64,000 nt of DNA from contig CAWGVS010000005.1 of the NCBI GenBank assembly GCA_963826115.1, positions 1,824,001 through 1,888,000 of the forward strand, read 5' to 3'. Each line of letters opens with the position of its first letter. Positions within the stretch are counted from its first letter, which is position 1. The translations under genes and the position numbers were made by a program. The stretch is from an uncultured Candidatus Rokubacteria bacterium (lineage in GTDB: Bacteria; Methylomirabilota; Methylomirabilia; Rokubacteriales; DASRDR01). The notes below the pieces were generated by a model. The model did not search any database. It was not told where the DNA came from and worked only from the letters and a program-made list of their open reading frames with translations. Of the stretch, positions 38,138 through 48,846 are shown in pieces.

Positions 38138-40410
38138 GCGGCTCCCTCCGCCTCTCGCGCCGACAGAGCTTCGATCGGCTGCTCGAGCGCCCGCGCCAGC
38201 CCGTTCTCGAAGGCGTCGGCCAGCGCCTCCGTGGGCTGCGACACGCGCACGGCGCTCCCGACTCGCACCTCGAGCCGGTTCCCACCGACCTCGCCGAGTA
38301 CGTGAACCGGCACGTCCCACTCTCGCACGATCTGCGTCAGCCGCGCGAGGTCCTCGCGCGCCGCCGTGATCAGGATGCGGGACGGCGCCTCGCCGAAGAG
38401 GACCTCGTCCACCCGGCCCCCGTCGGGGAGGCGGATGGCGGCGCCCAGCCTTCGCGGGCCCGTGACGCAGCCCTCCGCGAGCGCCACGGCCAGGCCGCCC
38501 TCGGCGGCATCGTGGGCGGACCGGACGCAGCCGGCCTCGATGGCCGCCAGACACGCGGCCTGCACGGCCCGCTCCCGGTCGAGGTCGAGCGGAGCGGGCT
38601 CGCCGGCCAGCCGGCCATGCATGGTGTGGAGGTACTCGCTACCGCCGAGTCGTCCTCCGGGCTCGCCCAGGAGGAGCACGACGTCCCCCTCCTCCTTGAA
38701 CCACTGCGTGGTCCGCCGCTCGGCGTCCTGGAGGAGCCCGACCACCCCGACGACCGGCGTCGGGAGGATCGCCCGCCCCAGCGTCTCGTTGTAGAAGGAG
38801 ACGTTGCCGCCGGTGACCGGGATCCCGAGCGCCTCACAGGCGCGCGCGATGCCGTCCACGGCCTCCGAGAACTGCCACATGATCTCGGGACGCTCGGGCG
38901 ACGCGAAGTTCAGGCAGTTCGTCACCGCGAGCGGGCGCCCGCCGGCGCACACGACGTTGCGCGCCGCCTCGGCCACCGCCATCGCGCCGCCGAGGAAGGG
39001 GTCCAGCTGCCCGTAGCGGCCGTTGCCGTCGGTGGCCACCGCCACCGCCCGGCGGGTCCCCTTGATCCGGAGGACCGCGGCGTCGGAGCCCGGAAGGACG
39101 AGCGTGTTGATTCCCACCTGATGGTCGTACTGCCGCCAGATGCTGCGCTTGGACGCGATCGTCGGCGCCGCGAGGAGCCGGAGCAGCACCGCTCCCGGAT
39201 CGGCCGGCTCCGAGATCTCGCGGAGGTCGAGGGCCCGGTCCCGGTCGAGCCAGTCGGGCCGCGCCAGCGGACGCTCGTAGACCGGGGCCTCGTCGGTCAG
39301 CGCCCGGACCGGGACCTCGGCCACGATCTCCCCGCGCATCCGCGCCCGGAGGAGGCCGTCGGCCGTCACCCGCCCGATCGACACCGCGTCCAGCTCCCAC
39401 TTCTCGAAGATCCGCTGGACCTCGACCTCGCGCCCCCGCTCGACGACGAGGAGCATCCGCTCCTGGGACTCCGACAGGAGGATCTCGTAGGGGGTCATCC
39501 CAGGCTCGCGCTGCGGCACGCGGTCGAGGTCGACGTCGGCCCCCGTCCCCGCGCGCGCGGGCATCTCGGAGAGCGAGCACGCCAGCCCGGCCGCGCCCAT
39601 GTCCTGGATGCCCACCACCGCGCCCGTCCGGAACGCCTCGAGGCACGCCTCGAGAAGAAGCTTCTCCGTGAACGGGTCGCCGACCTGGACGGTCGGCCGC
39701 CGCTCGGCCGAGGTCTCGTCGAAGGCCTCCGACGCCATGGTCGCGCCGTGGATGCCGTCACGACCGGTCTTGGCTCCGACGTACACGAACGTGTTTCCCA
39801 CGCCATCGGCCCGGGCGCGGAAGATGCGGTCCACCGGCACCAGGCCCATGCACAGGACGTTGACCAGGGGGTTCCGCGCGTACTCCGACGCGAACGCCAC
39901 CTCGCCCCCGACCGTCGGGCACCCGAAGCAGTTGCCGTAGTGAGAGATGCCGGCGACCACGCCTCCCAGCAGGAAGCGAGTGCCCGGCTCGTCGACGGGC
40001 CCGAAGCGGAGCGAGTCGAGCAGCGCGATCGGGCGGGCGCCCATCGTGAAGATGTCCCGCAGGATCCCGCCCACGCCCGTGGCGGCGCCCTGGAACGGCT
40101 CGATGAACGACGGGTGGTTGTGGCTCTCGATCTTGAAGGCGAGGGCGATACCGTCCCCGACGTCGACGATCCCGGCGTTCTCGCCGGGTCCCTGGAGCAC
40201 GTGAGGGCCCTTCGTGGGCAGGCGTCGAAGGTGGACGCGGGACGACTTGTACGAGCAGTGCTCGGACCAGAGGGCGGAGAACAGCCCCAGCTCCGGATAG
40301 GTGGGGTCCCGGCCGATCAGCCGGACGACCCGGTCGTACTCCTCACGCGTGAGCCCGTGGGACGCCGCCAGGTCCGGGGTGACCTTCGGCTCGGACCCGT
40401 TCACGGGCAC
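38134..40410 (-). CDS. purL: FGAM synthase subunit PurL
   Basis: [41 protein letters not shown]. Confidence 0.98.
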   Translation of the reverse strand: MPVNGSEPKVTPDLAASHGLTREEYDRVVRLIGRDPTYPELGLFSALWSEHCSYKSSRVHLRRLPTKGPHVLQGPGENAGIVDVGDGIALAFKIESHNHPSFIEPFQGAATGVGGILRDIFTMGARPIALLDSLRFGPVDEPGTRFLLGGVVAGISHYGNCFGCPTVGGEVAFASEYARNPLVNVLCMGLVPVDRIFRARADGVGNTFVYVGAKTGRDGIHGATMASEAFDETSAERRPTVQVGDPFTEKLLLEACLEAFRTGAVVGIQDMGAAGLACSLSEMPARAGTGADVDLDRVPQREPGMTPYEILLSESQERMLLVVERGREVEVQRIFEKWELDAVSIGRVTADGLLRARMRGEIVAEVPVRALTDEAPVYERPLARPDWLDRDRALDLREISEPADPGAVLLRLLAAPTIASKRSIWRQYDHQVGINTLVLPGSDAAVLRIKGTRRAVAVATDGNGRYGQLDPFLGGAMAVAEAARNVVCAGGRPLAVTNCLNFASPERPEIMWQFSEAVDGIARACEALGIPVTGGNVSFYNETLGRAILPTPVVGVVGLLQDAERRTTQWFKEEGDVVLLLGEPGGRLGGSEYLHTMHGRLAGEPAPLDLDRERAVQAACLAAIEAGCVRSAHDAAEGGLAVALAEGCVTGPRRLGAAIRLPDGGRVDEVLFGEAPSRILITAAREDLARLTQIVREWDVPVHVLGEVGGNRLEVRVGSAVRVSQPTEALADAFENGLARALEQPIEALSAREAEGAA

Positions 40411-40428
40411 CCGCGCCCCTCCCCCGTC

Positions 40429-41142
40429 CTAACGGCCGAGGACGGATCCGTTCTCGACGAGGCTTCCCAGCAGCGAGTGGAACAGGAGCAGGCCGTCGGT
40501 GCTGCCGATCGTCGTCTCGGCCGCCCGCTCGGGGTGCGGCATGAGCCCGACGACCGTGCCCTCCTCGTTGCAGACGCCCGCGACGTTCCAGACGGAACCG
40601 TTCGGATTCGCGCCGGCGGTGATCTCGCCGGACTCCGTCGCGTACCGGAAGACGATCTGGTCGCGCTCCCGGAGCTGACGGAGGAGCGCCGGCTCGACGT
40701 GGTAGCGCCCCTCGCCGTGGGCGATCGGCATCTTCAGGACCTGGCCCCGGCGGAGCCCCCGGGTGAACGGGCTCTCGGTCTGCTCGACGGCGACGTGGGT
40801 CCACTGGCACCGGAACTGGAGGCACTCGTTCCGCAGGAGCGTCCCGGGGAGGAGGCCCGCCTCGCAGAGAATCTGGAAGCCGTTACAGCTCCCGAGAACC
40901 ATCCCGCCCCGGGCCACGAAGCTCGGCAGGGCCTCGACGATCGGGGATCGGCCCGCCACGGCGCCCGCTCGCAGGTAGTCGCCGTAGGAGAAGCCCCCAG
41001 GAAGGATCAGGCAATCGAAGCGGTCGACATCGGTGTCCCGGTGCCACACGTACTCGACAGGTTGGTGGAGCACCTGGGAGATGACGTGGTGGAAATCCAT
41101 GTCACTCCACGTGCCCGGGAAGATCACGACGCCGAATCGCAT
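40429..41142 (-). CDS. purQ: FGAM synthase glutaminase subunit PurQ
   Basis: PGGFSYGDYLR, GSCNGFQIL, IAHGEG, NPNGS, GLMPHPER. Confidence 0.97.
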   Translation of the reverse strand: MRFGVVIFPGTWSDMDFHHVISQVLHQPVEYVWHRDTDVDRFDCLILPGGFSYGDYLRAGAVAGRSPIVEALPSFVARGGMVLGSCNGFQILCEAGLLPGTLLRNECLQFRCQWTHVAVEQTESPFTRGLRRGQVLKMPIAHGEGRYHVEPALLRQLRERDQIVFRYATESGEITAGANPNGSVWNVAGVCNEEGTVVGLMPHPERAAETTIGSTDGLLLFHSLLGSLVENGSVLGR

Positions 41143-41198
41143 GAAGCCTCCTCTTCCGATGGGGTCGCGGTTACACCTCCTGCGATCCGCCCGAACGA

Positions 41199-41227
41199 AT
41201 AGTACTACGCGCCCCGGAGCCGCACAA
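41199..41227 (-). promoter_or_regulatory. Putative internal promoter between purS and purQ
   Basis: TTGTGC (41222-41227), 17-nt spacer, TACTAT (41199-41204). Confidence 0.5.
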
Positions 41228-41238
41228 GACGACCGCCG

Positions 41239-41505
41239 TCAACCGGCGCGCCGACCGTCTTCGCCCTCCACGACCTCGCACGTGTAGTCCTCGACCACGG
41301 GATTGGCGAGGAGCTTCCGGCACATCTCGTCGAGGCGCTGGCGCGCCCGGCCCGCGTCGACCTCGTCGAGCGTGAGGTCGATCAGCTTGCCCACCCGCAT
41401 GTCGCGCACCTCCGGGAAGCCGAGACCCTCGAGCGCCCGCCGGATGGTGGTGCCCTGCGGGTCCAGGATCCCCGGGCGAAGCCGGACCACGATCCGCGCT
41501 TTCAT
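41239..41505 (-). CDS. purS: FGAM synthase subunit PurS
   Basis: MKARIVVRLRPGILDPQG...MCRKLLANPVVEDY. Confidence 0.96.
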   Translation of the reverse strand: MKARIVVRLRPGILDPQGTTIRRALEGLGFPEVRDMRVGKLIDLTLDEVDAGRARQRLDEMCRKLLANPVVEDYTCEVVEGEDGRRAG

Positions 41506-42818
41506 CTCTCCTCCGATTCGTGAGGGACGAGCCCGACGCGCCGGAACACGGCGTCGACGTGGCGCAAGTACCAGCCGGGATCGAAGCACGCCTTGAGGGC
41601 CTCCGGCGCGAGATGCCGGCCGACCTCGGGGTCGGCCTCGAGGCACTCCAGGAAGGACCGGCGCTCCTCCCAGGCGCGCATCGCGTTCCGCTGCACCACT
41701 TGATAGGCGGCCTGGCGCGCCAGGCCGGCCTCGGCGAGAGCCAGGAGCACGCGCTGGGAATACACGAGGCCGTATGAGCGGTCGAGATTCTCGCGCATGC
41801 GCTCGGGGTAGACCCGCAGGCCGTCGAGGATCCGGGCGGCCTGCGCGAGGAGGTAGTCGAGCAGCGTCGTCGCGTCGGGGAGCACGATGCGCTCCACGGA
41901 TGAGTGGCTGATGTCTCGCTCGTGCCAGAGGGCGATGTCCTCGAGCGCAGCCCCCGCGTGGCTGCGCAGCACGCGGGCGAGGCCCGCGATCTGTTCGCAC
42001 CGCCACGGGTTCCGCTTGTGGGGCATCGCGGAGGAGCCCTTCTGCCCCTCGGCGAAGGGCTCCTCGGCCTCCAGAATCTCCGTCCGCTGGAGGCTCCGGA
42101 TCTCGGTGGCGATGCGCTCGAGGCCGCCGCCCACGATCGCGCAAACGGACACGAGCTCGGCGTGCCGGTCGCGCTGGACGACCTGGGTCGACACCGGCTC
42201 CGGCTCGAGTCCCAGCGCCTCGCAGACCTCCTGCTCGACCTCGGGCGGCACGTGCGCGAAGGTGCCCACCGCCCCGGAGATCTTGCCCACGCGAACGGCC
42301 TCGCGGGCCCGGACCAGCCGCTCGCGGTTGCGCCCGGCCTCCTCGTACCAACCCGCCGCCTTGAGACCGAAGGTCGTCGGCTCGGCGTGGACCCCGTGGG
42401 TGCGTCCGACGGTCAGCGTGTCCCGGTGGCGCAGGGCGAGCCGGCGGAGGCTCTCGCGCAGGCGGTCCACGCCGGCAATCAGCCGGTCCGTGGCCTCGAC
42501 GAGCGCCATCGCCAGGGCGGTGTCCACGACGTCGGACGAGGTCAAGCCCACGTGGACGAACCGCGAGTCCGTGCCGATCGAGCCCTCGAGGTCGGTGAGG
42601 AACGCGATGACGTCGTGGTGGACACGGTCCTCGATCTCGGCGATGCGCCGGGCGTCGACCTGGGCCCGCGCGCGGATCCGCGCCAGCGCGTCGGCGGGGA
42701 CGACTCCCCGGCGCGCCCACGCATCGCACACCGCCAGCTCGACCTGGAGCCAGCGCGTGAACCGCGCGTCGTCGCCCCAGAGGGCGGCCATCTCGGGGCG
42801 CGTGTAGCGCGAGATCAC
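41502..42818 (-). CDS. purB: Adenylosuccinate lyase
   Basis: MISRYTRPEM, HDVIAF, GRTHGVHAEP, GSSAMPHKRNP. Confidence 0.98.
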   Translation of the reverse strand: MISRYTRPEMAALWGDDARFTRWLQVELAVCDAWARRGVVPADALARIRARAQVDARRIAEIEDRVHHDVIAFLTDLEGSIGTDSRFVHVGLTSSDVVDTALAMALVEATDRLIAGVDRLRESLRRLALRHRDTLTVGRTHGVHAEPTTFGLKAAGWYEEAGRNRERLVRAREAVRVGKISGAVGTFAHVPPEVEQEVCEALGLEPEPVSTQVVQRDRHAELVSVCAIVGGGLERIATEIRSLQRTEILEAEEPFAEGQKGSSAMPHKRNPWRCEQIAGLARVLRSHAGAALEDIALWHERDISHSSVERIVLPDATTLLDYLLAQAARILDGLRVYPERMRENLDRSYGLVYSQRVLLALAEAGLARQAAYQVVQRNAMRAWEERRSFLECLEADPEVGRHLAPEALKACFDPGWYLRHVDAVFRRVGLVPHESEER

Positions 42819-42830
42819 CGGTCCGTCCTC

Positions 42831-44114
42831 CTAGATCCGGATTGCTTCGGGGATCCGGACGTCGGGACCCTTGGGACCGAGCGCGACCAGCGACAGAGGA
42901 CCGGAGAGCAGGCGCTCCCCGAGGGCCCGGACCTCTCCCGGCGTCACCCGCTCGATGTCGGCGAGGATCTCGTCGAACGTGAACGACCGATGGAAGTAGA
43001 GCTCCTGCTTGGCGATCCGCGTCATCCGGCTGCCCGTCGACTCGAGGGACAGCATGAGGCTGCCCTTCAGGTGATCCTTCGCCCGCCGGAGCTCGTCATC
43101 CGTGATCCCGTGGGCCCGCAGCGAGCGGAACTCCTGCAGCGTCAGCTCAACCACGCGCCGGAAGTGGGCCGGCTCGGTGCCGGCGTACACGTAGAAGAGC
43201 CCGCCGTCGCGGAACGCGACGTTGCCCGAGTGGATCGAGTAGACGAGACCCTCGCGCTCCCGCACCACCTGGAACAGGCGCGACGACATGCTCCCGCCGA
43301 AGACGGTGTTCAGGAGGTGGAGGGCGTACCGCTCGGGGGAATCGTGCTCGAGGCCCTGCCCTCCCAGGATGAAGTGCACCTGCTCGAGCGGGCGCTCGAC
43401 GAGGTCCAGGCTGGTCGTCAGCGCCGGGCGATCACTCGTCCGCGGCGCGGTGGGCTGCTGGAAGTCGAGGAACCGGCTCCCGAGGAGGTCCACCAGCTGC
43501 TCGTGACGGACGTGGCCCGCTGCGGCGATGGTGATCCGCTCCGGGCAGTACTCCGTCCGGAAGTAGCGCAGCACCGTGTCGCGATCGAGCCCCTGCACCA
43601 CCTTCCGGTCGCCGAGGATGGGGCGGCCCAGCGGATGGTGGGGCCACACCCGCTCGGCGAACAGATCGTGGATGATGTCGTCCGGCGTGTCGTCCACCAT
43701 GCCGAACTCCTGGAGGACGACCGTCTTCTCGCGCTCGATGTCCCCGGCGTCGAACCGCGGCCGAAGGAGGACGTCGGCCAGGAGGTCAGCGGCGAGCGGA
43801 AGGTGCTCGTCGAGCACCGTCACGTAGAAGCAGGTGTGCTCCTTCGAGGTGAAGGCGTCCATCTGCCCGCCGACCGAGTCCACCGCGCGAGCGATGTCCT
43901 CGGCCGAGCGGGTCTCGGTGCCCTTGAAGACGAGATGCTCGATGAAGTGCGAGATCCCGATCCGGTCGCCGGGCTCGTGCCGGCTCCCGGTGTCCACCCA
44001 GACCCCGACGGCCACGGAGCGGACGTGGGGAATCCACTCCGTGACCAGCCGGATCCCGTTGGGGAGGGTCGTTCGCCGGTACTCGCCCCCCACACTCGCC
44101 GGGGGGTCGCTCAC
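42831..44114 (-). CDS. M16-family zinc peptidase
   Basis: HFIEH (HxxEH) motif, AFTSKEHTCFY, SSRLFQVVRE; conserved position after pnp. Confidence 0.93.
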   Translation of the reverse strand: MSDPPASVGGEYRRTTLPNGIRLVTEWIPHVRSVAVGVWVDTGSRHEPGDRIGISHFIEHLVFKGTETRSAEDIARAVDSVGGQMDAFTSKEHTCFYVTVLDEHLPLAADLLADVLLRPRFDAGDIEREKTVVLQEFGMVDDTPDDIIHDLFAERVWPHHPLGRPILGDRKVVQGLDRDTVLRYFRTEYCPERITIAAAGHVRHEQLVDLLGSRFLDFQQPTAPRTSDRPALTTSLDLVERPLEQVHFILGGQGLEHDSPERYALHLLNTVFGGSMSSRLFQVVREREGLVYSIHSGNVAFRDGGLFYVYAGTEPAHFRRVVELTLQEFRSLRAHGITDDELRRAKDHLKGSLMLSLESTGSRMTRIAKQELYFHRSFTFDEILADIERVTPGEVRALGERLLSGPLSLVALGPKGPDVRIPEAIRI

Positions 44115-44138
44115 GCAGGCCCCGAGAAGCGGCGCCGG

Positions 44139-46382
44139 TCAGTCGCGGTACCGCTGCCCACCGCGCCCCCGGTCGCCCCCCCGCTCCCGGTCTCCGCCCC
44201 GGTCTCCGCCCCGGTCCCCGCGGCCTCCCCCGACGGCCTCCGGCGCGTTGGCGTCGGGCTGGCCGGTGAGCTGCTCGGCGCCCAGCGAGGCGGCCTCGGG
44301 GTCCTTCACCGCCGCACGGCGCGACAGCCGGATCTTCCCGGACGGGTCCACCTCGATGACCTTCACGAGGACCATGTCGCCCTCGCGCAAGACGTCCTCG
44401 ACGCGGCGCGTCCGCTCCTCGGCGATCTGGGAGATGTGGAGCAGGCCCTCGGTGCCGGGCATGATCTCCACGAACGCCCCGAAGTCGACCACCTTCTTCA
44501 CCTTGCCGAGGTGCACGCGGCCGACCTCGGCCTCCTTGCAGATTCCCTGGATGATGTCCATGGCCTGCTGCACCATGCGCGCGTCGGCGCCGAACAGGGT
44601 GACCTTGCCGTCGTCCTCGATGTCGACCTTGACGCCGGTCTGGTCCTGGATCCCCCGGACCACCTTGCCGCCCGGGCCGATGACCTCGCGGATCTTCTCG
44701 GGTCTGATCCGGATCGTCACGAAGCGCGGCGCGTGCGGCGGCAGCTCGGGCCGCGGCTCCGCGATCGCCTCGCGCATGCGCGACAGGACGAACAGCCGCG
44801 CCTCGCGCGCCTGGCGCAGGGCCGTGGCCATGATCTCCCGCGACACGCCGGCGATCTTGATGTCCATCTGGAGCCCGGTGATGCCGTCGGCGGTGCCGGC
44901 GACCTTGAAGTCCATGTCACCGTAGTGGTCCTCGGTGCCCATGATGTCGGTCAGGATCGCGTAGCGGTCGCCCTCCTTGATGAGCCCCATGGCGATGCCC
45001 GCCACCGGCGCCTTGATCGGCACCCCGGCGTCCATCAGGGCCAGCGAGGCCCCGCACACCGTGGCCATCGAGGACGAGCCATTCGACTCGAGGATGTCCG
45101 ACACGATCCGGAGCGTGTACGGGAAGCTCTCCCGCGGCGGCAGGACCGGCAGCACCGACCGCTCCGCGAGCGCCCCGTGGCCGATCTCGCGACGGCCCGG
45201 GCTCCCGAAGCGGCGGATCTCGCCGACGCTGAACGACGGGAAGTTGTAGTGGAGCATGAAGGGCTTGGTCGACTCGCCCTCCAGCGTCTCGACCCGCTGC
45301 TCGTCCTGCTTGGTCCCGAGCGTCGCGGCGACGAGCGCCTGCGTCTCCCCGCGCGTGAACAGCGCGGAGCCGTGCGTGCGGGGGAGGAACGACACCTCGG
45401 CGCTGATCGCCCGGGTGTCGGTGGACCGGCGCCCGTCGACGCGCACGCCGTCCTCCAGGACCATCCGGCGCACTTCCTGCTTCTCGATCTTGTCGAGGTA
45501 CTCCCGGACCTTGGCCTTCCGCGCCCCCTCGGGGTCGACGGTCGCCAGGACTTCCTGGGCCAGCTTGGTGAGGGCCTGGGCGCGCTGCGCCTTCTCCGGG
45601 ATGCGGACGACGTCACGCACCCGGCCGTGGGTCGCCTCGCGAACCTGGGCCTCGAAAGCCGGATCCTGGTGCGCGGCGGCGTCGAACTCCCACCGCGCCT
45701 TGCCCGCCATCTGGGCCAGCGCCTTCTGGACACGGACGAGCCCGCGGCACTCCTCATGGGCGAGCGCGATGGCTTCGACCATGGTGTCCTCGGACGCCTC
45801 GCGGGCGCCCGCCTCCACCATCATGACCGAGTCCTCGGTCGCCGCCACGACGAGGTCGAGCGTGCTCCGCTCGAGATCCTCGAAGGACGGATTGACGACC
45901 AGGCGTCCGTCGATCTGCCCGATGCGGACGGCACCGAACGGCCCCAGGAACGGCAGGCCGGCCACGCACACGGCCGCCGAGGCGCCGTTCATCGCGAGGA
46001 TCCCCGGATCGTTCTCCTGGTCCGCCGAGATGGCCAGCACGATGAGCTGGATCTCGTTCTTGAAACCCTTGGGGAAGAGCGGCCGGAGCGGGCGGTCGAT
46101 CAGCCGGGAGGTGAGGATCTCCTTCTCGGCCGGACGCCCCTCGCGCTTGAAGAAGCCGCCGGGAATTCGGCCGCCGGCGTAGGCCCGCTCGCGGTAGTCG
46201 ACGCTCAGGGGGAAGAAGTCCTGCCCTTCGGTCGCGGACCGCGCGGCCACGACGGTCGCGAGGATCACGGTGTCGCCGTAGCGGACCAGGACCGAGCCGT
46301 CGGCCTGCTTCGCCACGCGGCCGGTCTCGAAGGTGAGCTTCCGACCGCCGATTTCAACCTGGGTGGAATGAGCCGATGCCAT
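44139..46382 (-). CDS. pnp: Polyribonucleotide nucleotidyltransferase
   Basis: FFPLSVDY, RREIGHG, SNGSSSMA, GDMDFKVAG, KH and S1 domains; GGDR-repeat tail. Confidence 0.98.
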   Translation of the reverse strand: MASAHSTQVEIGGRKLTFETGRVAKQADGSVLVRYGDTVILATVVAARSATEGQDFFPLSVDYRERAYAGGRIPGGFFKREGRPAEKEILTSRLIDRPLRPLFPKGFKNEIQLIVLAISADQENDPGILAMNGASAAVCVAGLPFLGPFGAVRIGQIDGRLVVNPSFEDLERSTLDLVVAATEDSVMMVEAGAREASEDTMVEAIALAHEECRGLVRVQKALAQMAGKARWEFDAAAHQDPAFEAQVREATHGRVRDVVRIPEKAQRAQALTKLAQEVLATVDPEGARKAKVREYLDKIEKQEVRRMVLEDGVRVDGRRSTDTRAISAEVSFLPRTHGSALFTRGETQALVAATLGTKQDEQRVETLEGESTKPFMLHYNFPSFSVGEIRRFGSPGRREIGHGALAERSVLPVLPPRESFPYTLRIVSDILESNGSSSMATVCGASLALMDAGVPIKAPVAGIAMGLIKEGDRYAILTDIMGTEDHYGDMDFKVAGTADGITGLQMDIKIAGVSREIMATALRQAREARLFVLSRMREAIAEPRPELPPHAPRFVTIRIRPEKIREVIGPGGKVVRGIQDQTGVKVDIEDDGKVTLFGADARMVQQAMDIIQGICKEAEVGRVHLGKVKKVVDFGAFVEIMPGTEGLLHISQIAEERTRRVEDVLREGDMVLVKVIEVDPSGKIRLSRRAAVKDPEAASLGAEQLTGQPDANAPEAVGGGRGDRGGDRGGDRERGGDRGRGGQRYRD

Positions 46383-46447
46383 GTCGCTGCCTTTCTCTCG
46401 TGCCGGACACGGCAGGCCACACGGACGGACCCACCCCACCGGCCACT

Positions 46448-46474
46448 GCCCGGAAGGTCACGTTCCTCCCGGGC
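46448..46474 (-). promoter_or_regulatory. rpsO-pnp intercistronic hairpin
   Basis: GCCCGGGAGG-AACGTGA-CCTTCCGGGC, a 10-bp stem on the minus strand. Confidence 0.5.
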
Positions 46475-46504
46475 CCTGCGAGACTACCCCGGCGTTGCCG
46501 GGAC

Positions 46505-46774
46505 CTACCGCCGAAGCCCGAGCTTCTCGAGGATCTGGCGATAGCGCTCGATGTCTGTGCGCTTGAGGTATTCGAGGAGTCCGCGGCGCTGGCCGATCAG
46601 GCGCAGCAACCCGCGGCGGGAGTGGTGGTCCTTGACGTGGGACTTGAAGTGCTCGGTCAGGCCGTTGATCCGCTCCGTGAGGAGCGCGATCTGCACCTCG
46701 GGGGAGCCGGTGTCGCCTTCTTTACGCCGGTAGCCCTCGATGAGCGCTTTCTTCCGGTCGGCAGGCACGGTCAT
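46505..46774 (-). CDS. rpsO: 30S ribosomal protein S15
   Basis: [22 protein letters not shown]. Confidence 0.98.
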   Translation of the reverse strand: MTVPADRKKALIEGYRRKEGDTGSPEVQIALLTERINGLTEHFKSHVKDHHSRRGLLRLIGQRRGLLEYLKRTDIERYRQILEKLGLRR

Positions 46775-46900
46775 TCCTGAGGTCCTCCTCCAGGGGGCCC
46801 TGCCCCCCAATCGCCGCCCCTGGTGCAGGCCGTGTACTGCACCCTTGGGACGGTTCCCCACACGTTAAGGCACTCCGTTTCAACGCAGCGCATCATACCA
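46775..46900 (-). promoter_or_regulatory. rpsO promoter and structured 5' leader
   Basis: Extended -10 TGGTATGAT (46892-46900); hairpins GGTGCAG/CTGCACC (46822-46843) and CCAGGGG/CCCCTGG (46790-46823) next to the RBS. Confidence 0.55.
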
Positions 46901-46931
46901 CGCAGGATTGAGACGGGCAACCGGCGCGCCC

Positions 46932-47861
46932 TCAGGGCGAGGCGCCGAGGAGACGCCGGGCGGTGCGCACGTCGGCGGCGATCTGGCTCCGCAGGGCGTC
47001 GAGCGACTCGAACCGCCGCTCGGGACGGATGCGGTCGAGGAACCCGAGCGTGAGGCGCCGGCCGTAGAGGTCCGGAGCCACGTCGAGAAGGTGCGCCTCC
47101 ACGAGGCGCGTCGCGCCGTCCACCGTCGGCCGGACCCCGATGTTGACGACCGCCGGCGCCGATTCCCCGTCCCACGCCGCTCGCGCGGTGTAGACACCGT
47201 CCGCCGGCAGGAGGCCCGGCGGCCCCGCGAGATTCGCCGTGGGAAAGCCGAGCACGCGGCCGCGCGCCGCGCCGTGGGCCACCAGGCCGGTCACCGTGTG
47301 CGGGCGGCCGAGAAGGCTGGCCGCGCGACGGACGTCCCCGTCCCGCAGGGCCTCGCGAATCGACGTCGACGAGACGGCGACGCCGTCGACGCGAAGCGGC
47401 GGCACGACGTGCACGAGCACGCCGGCGGGCTCGGAGAGGCGCCGGAGGAGCTCCGGGGTGCCTCGCGCCGCGCGGCCGAACGCGTGGTTGAACCCGACGA
47501 CGATCTCCCGAGCCCGGAGGAGCCCGAGCAGGACGTCCCGCACGTAGACCTCGGCCTCGACCCGCGAGAACTCCACCGTGAACGGGATCACGAGGCACAC
47601 CTCAGGGCCTAGCCCCGCGATGCGCTCGAGACGCTCGTCGAGGGGCAAGAGCTCGGGCGGGGCCTCGGCTGGCCGGAGGACCGCGAGGGGGTTTGGGTCG
47701 AACGTCACCGCGACCGGGCGAACGCCGAGCGCATGCGCCCGGTCGACCGCGGTCCGGATCACCGCCTGGTGGCCCAGGTGGATGCCGTCGAACGTGCCCT
47801 GGGCGACCGCGCTGGGCGGCCCGTCAGGACGATACTGGTCGAGGCCGCGAACGATCTGCAT
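46932..47861 (-). CDS. ribF: Bifunctional riboflavin kinase/FAD synthetase
   Basis: GTFDGIHLGH, VSSTSIR, GFPTAN, NIGVRPT, VEAHLLD. Confidence 0.97.
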   Translation of the reverse strand: MQIVRGLDQYRPDGPPSAVAQGTFDGIHLGHQAVIRTAVDRAHALGVRPVAVTFDPNPLAVLRPAEAPPELLPLDERLERIAGLGPEVCLVIPFTVEFSRVEAEVYVRDVLLGLLRAREIVVGFNHAFGRAARGTPELLRRLSEPAGVLVHVVPPLRVDGVAVSSTSIREALRDGDVRRAASLLGRPHTVTGLVAHGAARGRVLGFPTANLAGPPGLLPADGVYTARAAWDGESAPAVVNIGVRPTVDGATRLVEAHLLDVAPDLYGRRLTLGFLDRIRPERRFESLDALRSQIAADVRTARRLLGASP

Positions 47862-48810
47862 GGAGGAGGCGGAGCGGGCGGAGCCCCTCGGGCGCGAGCT
47901 CGCCGATCCCGAGGAAATCTTCGTCGGCGTACACGCGACACGGGACCGGTGCCGGCGGCGGGTGAACGCCCGAGAGCGCGGACACGGGCAGGAGCTGGCC
48001 GTGGGCGAGGCGCCGAGCCATGTCGGGTGACACGGTGACGGCGGCGAGGTGCATGACGGCGCGGTCGGCCGGCAGGACGGCGGTCGCCAGCCGCGGGGCG
48101 TCTCCCGCCTGGATCACGGCCCACGGCACGGCGTCCTCGAGCCGGAGGCTCCCGATGCGCGTGCGGACCAGGGCCTCGACGTGAGCCCCGCAGCCCAGCA
48201 CCTCGCCGACGTCCGCCGCGAGGCTCCGCACGTACGTCCCCGATCCGCACCGGACGCGCACGTCCAGGCGGGGCGGCGCGCACTCGATCAGGTCGAAGGC
48301 ATCGACGCGCACGCGCCGCGGAGCCCGCTCCACCTCGATCCCGGCTCGCGCCAGCTCGTGGAGGCGACGTCCGCCCGCGTGGAGCGCCGAGTACATGGGC
48401 GGCACCTGCTCGATCTCGCCGACGAACCGCGCGAGCACCGCGCGCACGTCGTCGGCCGTCAGGGGCGGGACGGGCCGCTCCGCCGTGACAGCGCCGGTGG
48501 CGTCGAGGGTGTCCGTCGTCACGCCGAGCCGAATGGCGGCGCGGTACTCCTTGTCCTGGCCCTGGAGGTGCGCGGTGAGCTTGGTCGCCTCGCCCAGGAG
48601 GATCGGCAGGAGCCCGGTTGCCATGGGATCGAGCGTGCCTCCATGGCCGACCTTCGGGATGCGGAGGACACGCCGGAGGTGCGCGACCACCTGGAACGAC
48701 GTGACACCCGGGCCCTTGTCGGCCAAGAGGAGGCCATCCCGCGCCGCAGGCGCTCGCACGGTCTCGCCGCCTGTCCCACGGGGGTTACTCGGACGGTCCG
48801 GGTCCGACAC
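47824..48810 (-). CDS. truB: tRNA pseudouridine(55) synthase
   Basis: KVGHGGTLDPMATG, QVPPMYSA, GTYVRSL. Confidence 0.97.
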   Translation of the reverse strand: MSDPDRPSNPRGTGGETVRAPAARDGLLLADKGPGVTSFQVVAHLRRVLRIPKVGHGGTLDPMATGLLPILLGEATKLTAHLQGQDKEYRAAIRLGVTTDTLDATGAVTAERPVPPLTADDVRAVLARFVGEIEQVPPMYSALHAGGRRLHELARAGIEVERAPRRVRVDAFDLIECAPPRLDVRVRCGSGTYVRSLAADVGEVLGCGAHVEALVRTRIGSLRLEDAVPWAVIQAGDAPRLATAVLPADRAVMHLAAVTVSPDMARRLAHGQLLPVSALSGVHPPPAPVPCRVYADEDFLGIGELAPEGLRPLRLLHADRSRPRPVSS

Positions 48811-48846
48811 CGCTCGGCCTGTCGGCGGAACCGTGGGGGCCCGGGC

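Noticed and set aside
44150-44235. 12-bp tandem repeats at the pnp 3' end
   Set aside because: They encode a common low-complexity GGDR tail of PNPase, not a separate element.
41904-46544. Very long antisense or alternate-frame ORFs (e.g. 1546 aa here, 966 aa at 38302, 985 aa at 25833)
   Set aside because: Shadow ORFs expected from stop-codon scarcity in high-GC DNA opposite well-recognised genes; no domain motifs.
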